Shown here piece after piece: positions 58,046 through 64,000 of a stretch of DNA of 64,000 bases. Numbering within the stretch: the stretch's first letter is position 1; every line of letters starts with the position of its first letter. The stretch covers positions 1 through 64,000 of the forward strand of contig JBGCFM010000016.1 in NCBI GenBank assembly GCA_045106895.1, read 5' to 3'. Both the position numbers and the translations under genes were made by a program. This DNA comes from Polyangiales bacterium. Lineage in GTDB: Bacteria > Myxococcota_A > Polyangia > Polyangiales > Houyiibacteriaceae. The notes under the pieces were generated by a model that made no database searches, was not told where the DNA came from, and saw nothing but the letters and a program-made list of their open reading frames with translations.

Positions 58046-59161
58046 ATGCCGCTCCATGCCTCCGCTCTGTTTTCGACCGTTCTCGTCGTGCTCTTGGGCG
58101 CGTGTGGTGCTCGGACCGGGCTGAACTCGCCAGACGACGGGACCACCGATGCTGGGGTGTCCGACGCAAGCACTCTCCCCGATGTGCCCTTTAGCGATGT
58201 ACCCACGGACATCCCGGCGGACATCCCGTCGGACATTCCCCTCGATGTTCCCCCCGACGTATGGGTCCCTATGTGCCCAGACTCGGTCCGGGTCTCGGGT
58301 CGCGAAGCATCGATTCCCGTCGACACCATCTGGGCCCTCGACACCAGCTTCTCCATGGAAGACGACCTCGTGCGGATGCGTGACAACATCGAGCGCTTTT
58401 GGGATGCGCTCTCCATGGCGGATGTGGACAGTCGCACCATCTTCGTGTCCCAAGAAGGCTATGCGCCTCCACCTCCGGCCGGCTTCAGCGGTCGCTTCTT
58501 GGAGGTGAACGAACGCGTCGGCAGCTGGGACGCACTGCTTCGCCTGCTGAGCGCTCACGTGTACTACGGCTCCCGGCTTCGGCCCGATGCGATCACCCAC
58601 TTTATTGTGGTCACAGACGACGACAGCCGCGCGATGCCGTGGGAAAATTTCTTTGCGTCGATGACGGACCTCTTGGGACATGAGTTTACGTTTCATGCCG
58701 TCGCTTCCGAGCAGCTCCCCCCAACGCCGGACAACCCGCGCGGCGTGTGCTCCTCCAGCAACGGGTCTGCGTACCGAGCCGGCGCCGAGTACTACGCGCT
58801 GGCGGATGAGACCGGCGGCTTGAAGATGAGCATCTGCGAGGATGATTGGTCGGAGCTCTTTGAGCGCATCAACGAACGAATCGCCGTCCGTGTTCCGCTC
58901 CCGTGTGCGTACTCCCTGCCTTCGCCGCCTCCTCCGGGGATCACCTACCGGGCCGACCGGTTTACGGTTCTCGCGAACGTTCCAGGCGAATCCGGACCAC
59001 GTGTGGTGCCACGAGTCGACGGAGAAGCGAGCTGCGATGCCGGCGCCGAGGGCTGGTGGTTCTTTGAAGGCAGCGATCGCGTGCACCTCTGCGCAAACAC
59101 CTGCACAGAGTACGAGGCCGTCGATGCACGCATCGAAATCGACCTCGGCTGCGACATGTAG
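58046..59161 (+). CDS. VWA-domain lipoprotein
   Basis: Lipobox LGAC; D(V/I)Px linker; VDTIWALDTSFSM (DxSxS), VVTDD, Cys-rich C-terminus. Confidence 0.82.
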   Translation: MPLHASALFSTVLVVLLGACGARTGLNSPDDGTTDAGVSDASTLPDVPFSDVPTDIPADIPSDIPLDVPPDVWVPMCPDSVRVSGREASIPVDTIWALDTSFSMEDDLVRMRDNIERFWDALSMADVDSRTIFVSQEGYAPPPPAGFSGRFLEVNERVGSWDALLRLLSAHVYYGSRLRPDAITHFIVVTDDDSRAMPWENFFASMTDLLGHEFTFHAVASEQLPPTPDNPRGVCSSSNGSAYRAGAEYYALADETGGLKMSICEDDWSELFERINERIAVRVPLPCAYSLPSPPPPGITYRADRFTVLANVPGESGPRVVPRVDGEASCDAGAEGWWFFEGSDRVHLCANTCTEYEAVDARIEIDLGCDM

Positions 59162-59165
59162 CGCA

Positions 59166-59750
59166 GTGGCGTACGAGCGATTCGACGCCGAATACTACGC
59201 GCGTCACTACAACACCCCCGAGACACAAGTCGCCTCGTCCGAGTCCACGGAGCGACTGGCTGGGTTCGTCGTGTCGTATCTTCGTTACCTTCAGATCGAT
59301 GTTGAGCAAGTTCTCGACCTGGGCTGTGGTGAAGGTCTGTGGCGTGACGTGCTTCGCGCGCGTCTTCCAAAAGTCGACTACCGGGGCGTCGAGGTGAGCG
59401 CTCATATGTGCGAAAAGCACGGGTGGGTTCAGTCCTCCATTGGCGAGTACACCGGGCCGCCGGCGGATCTCGTGGTGTGCCAAGGCGTCCTCCAGTACCT
59501 GGACGACAAAGAGGCCGAGGCGGCGATCACAAAGCTCGCTTCGCTCACGCGAGGAGCGCTCTACCTAGAAGCCCTCACCAAAGCTGACTGGCGCGACGCG
59601 TGTGATCAGAGCGTCACGGACGGCGCCGTTCATCTGCGCACGGGGGCTTGGTATAAGAAGCGACTTCGGAAGCACTTTGTGCTCGTTGGCGGCGGCCTCT
59701 TCGTACCCCTCGATGGCGACGCCGTTCTCTTCGAACTCGAGCGAGCGTAG
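59166..59750 (+). CDS. Class I SAM-dependent methyltransferase
   Basis: VLDLGCGEG, GVEVS, DLVVC.GVLQY; GTG start 5 nt after the upstream stop. Confidence 0.88.
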   Translation: MAYERFDAEYYARHYNTPETQVASSESTERLAGFVVSYLRYLQIDVEQVLDLGCGEGLWRDVLRARLPKVDYRGVEVSAHMCEKHGWVQSSIGEYTGPPADLVVCQGVLQYLDDKEAEAAITKLASLTRGALYLEALTKADWRDACDQSVTDGAVHLRTGAWYKKRLRKHFVLVGGGLFVPLDGDAVLFELERA

Positions 59751-59774
59751 TCGCTTCTAAGCGTTCGATTGGGG

Positions 59775-61148
59775 TTAGACTCGGCGACCGGTTTTCGCCC
59801 AGTCCCCCTTGAGGTACGCAGCGATGCCGAGGATAGCCTTGAAGACAAAGGAGATTGGGAAGCCCGCCCACACGCCCCAGGGGCCGAGGCCCATGGTCAC
59901 ACCGAGGACATAGCTGAGCGGAATCTGAATACAGGTGCCGACGATGTTGATGCGAAGACTCGTTCGAGTGGCGCCGGACCCACGAAGCACGCCGATGATA
60001 GCAATGTGCACGCCCACGATGGGGATGCCGAAACCAAGGATTCGAATCCACATCACGCTCAGGTCTGCGAGGCGGGTTCCTGCGGGGATCTCGAAGATAC
60101 CGACGAGCTGCGGAGCGCCGATGAGGAGCACGCCGGCGATGACGGTCATGAGCAAGGTGCACAGGACCATCGCAGCTCGGGCTACGCTGCGTGCTCGCGC
60201 CGCATCGCTCGCTCCGAGGGCGTTGCCCACCATCGCGCCGGTGGCTTGGGAGACGCCAAACCCGGGCATGAACGCCAGGGACTGGATTCGGATGCCAACC
60301 CCGTGCGCCGCCACCGCCACGGCGTCCATATGACCGAGCATGCCGACGATGGACGCGAAGCCGGCGTTTAGAACGATCATGTCGAGGGCTGCGGGTGCAC
60401 CGACGACGGCAAGGCGTTTCGAGAGGGCGGCGTCGATCCGCTTGAGGCCGATTTTTAGGTCGATGCCCGGGACGGCACCTCGCTTGAGCAGGGCGACAAG
60501 GAGGATGACACCACAGGCTTGGCTGGCGACGGTGCCGATGGCTGCGCCCTGGACTCCGAGCTGAGGGAGTCCGAAGTTCCCGAGGATCAGGCCGTAGTTG
60601 AAAACGAAGTTGAGCGCGTTGCTGAAGAGGCCGACAAGGAAGGGCAAGCGGGTATTGCCCACGCCGCGCAACACTGCGGCGTAGAGCATGCTCAGGTAAA
60701 AGAAGAGTGAGAAGCTGAGGTTGGGCCTTAGGTAGTCGAGGCAAAGCTCTAGGACAGAGTCGTCCGCGCCGAGGAGGCGGAGGAGCGCGGGCGCGAAGGC
60801 GTTGCCGAGAGCGGCGACGGCGAAGGAGACGAGCACTGTGAGCTGGGTGGATTGCCACAAGATGTGGTTCACCTGCTTCTCGTCCTTGGCGCCGTGGGCC
60901 CGCGCGACGAAGGCGACGGTCCCAACGATGAGACCCATCATGCCGACCATCGCGAGGAACACGACCTGGGTCGCAAAGCCGAGCGCGTTTAGAGCGTCCT
61001 CGTGATTTGGGAGACGCCCGCACATGGCGGTATCGACGACGAGCGCCAGGACACCGAGAATATTCAGCCCGATGACTGGCAGGGCGAGGTCGAAGAGGCG
61101 CCGAGGGACCGAGCGCTCATCGTTGCGCGGCTCTGGCGGAGTGTCCAA
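59775..61148 (-). CDS. MATE family efflux transporter
   Basis: DTAMCGRL, LRGVGNTR.P, N...NY.LI.G..G.P.LGV.GAA; about 12 TM. Confidence 0.93.
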   Translation of the reverse strand: MDTPPEPRNDERSVPRRLFDLALPVIGLNILGVLALVVDTAMCGRLPNHEDALNALGFATQVVFLAMVGMMGLIVGTVAFVARAHGAKDEKQVNHILWQSTQLTVLVSFAVAALGNAFAPALLRLLGADDSVLELCLDYLRPNLSFSLFFYLSMLYAAVLRGVGNTRLPFLVGLFSNALNFVFNYGLILGNFGLPQLGVQGAAIGTVASQACGVILLVALLKRGAVPGIDLKIGLKRIDAALSKRLAVVGAPAALDMIVLNAGFASIVGMLGHMDAVAVAAHGVGIRIQSLAFMPGFGVSQATGAMVGNALGASDAARARSVARAAMVLCTLLMTVIAGVLLIGAPQLVGIFEIPAGTRLADLSVMWIRILGFGIPIVGVHIAIIGVLRGSGATRTSLRINIVGTCIQIPLSYVLGVTMGLGPWGVWAGFPISFVFKAILGIAAYLKGDWAKTGRRV

Positions 61149-61187
61149 GAGGCGGAGAGTGCCACCCTTTCAAACGGAAGCAAGAAC

Positions 61188-61901
61188 CTAGAAGTTGCGG
61201 CCCAAGACAGAGAGCGCCGCGCACGCGGCGGTGTCCACGCGCAAAATATGAGCGCCCAGGCTCATGGGCTGAAATCCTGCGCCTTCGAGGGCTACGCGCT
61301 CATGGTCGGCGAAGCCTCCCTCGGGGCCCACGGCTACCCACACGTCTTGAGTCTCATCGTGCCCAAGCCGTGTTCCTCCGCTTTGTAGGCGCGCCCATGC
61401 GTAGTAGCGGGCAGACGCGGCGGGAAGCTCCCCAATCGCCTCGTCGAGAGACGCGCGCAGAGCGATCTTCGGGAAGTAGAGACGTTCGCATTGCCGGGTG
61501 GCTTCCATCGCGATTCGCTTCCACCGCTCTCTTTTCTTCTCGCTGTTGTCAGCGCGAGCGCCGGAGCGCTCGGTGTGAACGAAGAGAATGTTCGTGGCAC
61601 CGAGCTCCGTCGCCATGCGGACAATGTCGTCGCTCTTTGCGCCTTTCGGCAAACCCTGAAGAAGTCCAAGTCTTCGAAGTGGCGCAGGTTTTTGAACGAC
61701 CTCCTGGATCCTGGCAGACTTGACGCTCATCTGCGCCGTGGCGAGGCGGCCTTGTCCATCGAAGAGCTCGATGGTGGCTCCGTCTCTGATGCGAAGGACC
61801 TTCGCATGCTGACGTGTCGATTTGCTTAGCTCGACATCTGCGCCGGCGTCGACGCCCGCGAGCGACTCCACATGGAGGCGCCGACCAGGCTCAGGCCTCA
61901 C
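61188..61901 (-). CDS. rsmE: 16S rRNA m3U1498 methyltransferase
   Basis: H.KVLR, ATELG, EA..QC.R, VGPEGGF, LG.HILRVDTA; GTG overlaps the prmA stop. Confidence 0.93.
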   Translation of the reverse strand: MRPEPGRRLHVESLAGVDAGADVELSKSTRQHAKVLRIRDGATIELFDGQGRLATAQMSVKSARIQEVVQKPAPLRRLGLLQGLPKGAKSDDIVRMATELGATNILFVHTERSGARADNSEKKRERWKRIAMEATRQCERLYFPKIALRASLDEAIGELPAASARYYAWARLQSGGTRLGHDETQDVWVAVGPEGGFADHERVALEGAGFQPMSLGAHILRVDTAACAALSVLGRNF

Positions 61902-62761
61902 GAAGCCTTGCTCAAGACGATCGCGCGCCACTCACCGTCTTGTCGCACTCCTTCGAGGTGCAAATCTGCGAAGGCAGGGACGACGTCGTCGACTTGGCCT
62001 GCGAGAACGCCGGAGAGGATCAACGTCCCTCCAGCTCTGACCTTCGAGATGAGCTGCGGCGCCATAGGAATGAGCACATGCGCTTGAATATTGGCGAGGA
62101 CCAGAGGGTAGTTCCCGGTGATCTCATCCAGGTCTGCGCCCCCGACGCTCATCTGCGCGGCGACGCCGTTGAGCTCTGCGTTCTCAAGGGTGGTGTCGAG
62201 CGCGATGGGATCGATGTCGGTCCCGTGAGCGCTCTTTGCACCCAACAAGAGCGCGGCGATGGACAGGATTCCGCTCCCGCATCCGACGTCGAGGATCGGC
62301 TCGTCGGGCTGAACCCGCGCGTCGACTTCGCGAAGAACGAGACGGGTCGTCTCATGCAGTCCACTGCCAAATGCGTTGCCGGGGTCGATGACAAGGACGC
62401 GGGCGCCCTCCGGAGGCGTGGCCTCTTCCCACGATGGCCGCACAAGAATGCGCGGGCTCACGAGGGTGGGCTTGAAGTACTCGCGCCAACCGTCGCGCCA
62501 CTCGTCACCCACGACGAACTCAAGACTCACCGAGTCGCCCACTTCTGGGAGAGCGGAGAGTTCACCGATGGCCGCTTCGGCGTTCTCTTCGTGATCGAAC
62601 GAGGCGATGAGTAGAGTCGTTTCATGCGCGCTCTTCTCAAGCGTCGTGGCGTCGCGTTCTTCGATGCCAGAGGCGCCGAGGATCCAGAGCCGGTCGGAGA
62701 CGGCCTCCACGTGTTCCGGGGCCACGTGAACGTGCACATAAGGGTAGCGGGGTGCGCTCAT
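61898..62761 (-). CDS. prmA: Ribosomal protein L11 methyltransferase
   Basis: W...W..YFKP, IDPG.AFGSG.HETT, LDVGCGSGILSI, LANI, ILSG. Confidence 0.95.
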   Translation of the reverse strand: MSAPRYPYVHVHVAPEHVEAVSDRLWILGASGIEERDATTLEKSAHETTLLIASFDHEENAEAAIGELSALPEVGDSVSLEFVVGDEWRDGWREYFKPTLVSPRILVRPSWEEATPPEGARVLVIDPGNAFGSGLHETTRLVLREVDARVQPDEPILDVGCGSGILSIAALLLGAKSAHGTDIDPIALDTTLENAELNGVAAQMSVGGADLDEITGNYPLVLANIQAHVLIPMAPQLISKVRAGGTLILSGVLAGQVDDVVPAFADLHLEGVRQDGEWRAIVLSKAS

Positions 62762-62765
62762 ATTT

Positions 62766-63002
62766 TTATCCAGCGAGAAGACGAATGACGATGTAGGCGA
62801 AGAGCAGCGCGCTCCATAGCATGACGCGCGCTTGTCCCTTGGCCTTCCACGCGGCGATGGGTGTGAGCATGGGAAAAAGGCTGCCCCACTTCCAGGCGCG
62901 CGAGAGCTTGCTCTTGAAGATCACACGCAACAAGAGCACGTGGGCGAAGAGCAGAGCCGCGAAGAGCGCTACCGCCGCGATGAGCCAGCCGAGGGCGCTC
63001 AC
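62766..63002 (-). CDS. Small membrane protein
   Basis: Two to three hydrophobic helices; coupled to hom and prmA. Confidence 0.7.
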   Translation of the reverse strand: MSALGWLIAAVALFAALLFAHVLLLRVIFKSKLSRAWKWGSLFPMLTPIAAWKAKGQARVMLWSALLFAYIVIRLLAG

Positions 63003-64000
63003 GAATCCTCGATCACCAGGGCTTGGGGGGTCCCATCGACGTGACGCAGGCGGGAAAGCTCGCGGAGGGCTTCGCGGAGGTCTCCTTCACGTGCTTCGTG
63101 CGTCAAAATGATGAGCGTGGCTGCGTCGCCGCTTGCCTCTTGAACCATCTGCTCGATGCTCACACCAAAGCCGCCGAGGACTCCCGCAATACGAGCGAGG
63201 GCACCGATGCGGTCGAGAACGCTCAGCCGAAGGTAAAAGCGAGAGCGTCGTTCTTCCGGCGAGCAGATGGGCCAATCTCGAAGGCTCGCGCCACGAAACG
63301 CGCGAGAGGGGACTCGGCCGTGTGCTCGTGCCAGCATATTGCGGCCCACGTCGACGATATCGCTGACGACGCTCATGGCCGTAGGAAGAGCGCCTGCGCC
63401 GGGACCGCTAAGGAGGCAGGGCCCGACCATGAGGCCTTCTACGAAGACGGCGTTGAGCGCGCCGTGAATATTGGCGAGGACCGACCCTTTGGGCACCAGG
63501 GTGGGGTGCACTCGCACGTCGAGGGTTCCGTCCTCCATAGGAGCGGCGAGGGCTAGCGGCTTGATGACGTAGCCAAAGCGCGCCGCGTAGAGCATGTCTT
63601 GCGCGCTGAGTGTGTCGATGCCGCTTGTGGTGATCTGATCGGGATGGATCTTGGCGCCGTATGCGAGCGTCGTAAGGATCGCGAGCTTGTGCGCGGCGTC
63701 ACCGCCACCGACGTCGAGGGTGGGGTCCGCTTCTGCGTAGCCAGCTTCCTGGGCGCCTTTCAGCGCTTCGGCAAAGCCGATGCCTTCGGCGGACATGCGG
63801 GAGACGATGTAGTTACTCGTTCCGTTCACGATGCCACGCAGCGCGACGATGCGGTCGGAGGCGAGACCTTCGCGCAACACACGAATGATTGGGATGCCGC
63901 CAGCGACGGCGGCCTCGAAGTAGAGGTCGACCTGTTTCGCTTCGGCGGTCTGTAGAAGGACATCGCCCTTCTCGGCGACGAGGGCCTTATTGGCGGTGAC
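62999..64000 (-). CDS. hom: Homoserine dehydrogenase with C-terminal ACT domain (5' end outside window)
   Basis: VTANKAL, FEAAVAGGIP, GIVNGTSNY, GYAEADPT.DV.G.DAAHK, GPGAG..PTA; frame open to 64000. Confidence 0.96.
   Translation of the reverse strand, partial: VTANKALVAEKGDVLLQTAEAKQVDLYFEAAVAGGIPIIRVLREGLASDRIVALRGIVNGTSNYIVSRMSAEGIGFAEALKGAQEAGYAEADPTLDVGGGDAAHKLAILTTLAYGAKIHPDQITTSGIDTLSAQDMLYAARFGYVIKPLALAAPMEDGTLDVRVHPTLVPKGSVLANIHGALNAVFVEGLMVGPCLLSGPGAGALPTAMSVVSDIVDVGRNMLARAHGRVPSRAFRGASLRDWPICSPEERRSRFYLRLSVLDRIGALARIAGVLGGFGVSIEQMVQEASGDAATLIILTHEAREGDLREALRELSRLRHVDGTPQALVIEDS

Overview
GC-rich chromosomal window from a myxobacterium. The Cys-rich lipoproteins, Ser/Thr kinase, FHA and PilZ proteins, orphan T3SS-like genes and integrin-beta-like VWA lipoproteins suggest Myxococcota, probably Polyangia (inference). 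Most of it is housekeeping: gltA, mreBCD-mrdA-rodA, rmlBACD, tmk, ctaA/ctaB/sco, pal-like/cpoB, murI, MATE, rsmE, prmA and hom. No CRISPR array, tRNA/rRNA gene, transposase or prophage was seen. The best candidate for an undescribed system is the minus-strand lipid operon at 1-7697. It encodes a HAD pseudo-phosphatase, a fatty acyl reductase, a second extended SDR, a polysaccharide-pyruvyl-transferase-like protein, a crotonase, an ACP and an acyl-AMP ligase. It looks like a split, re-tooled version of the myxobacterial ElbD ether-lipid machinery, and it has a duplicated 20-bp palindromic operator upstream. Other notable signals: a duplicated, highly structured ~410-nt non-coding region (35940-36351); two related hairpin elements sharing TGCGTTG...CGCCTTG, one with CTAG-bounded terminal inverted repeats; a stanniocalcin-like bacterial protein; tandem integrin-beta-like adhesins; a kinase lacking its ATPase domain next to a complete kinase; a consensus sigma54 promoter; and a window-wide leaderless-promoter signature (TANNNT-N6-start). 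All protein calls are from motif recognition by eye; no searches were run.
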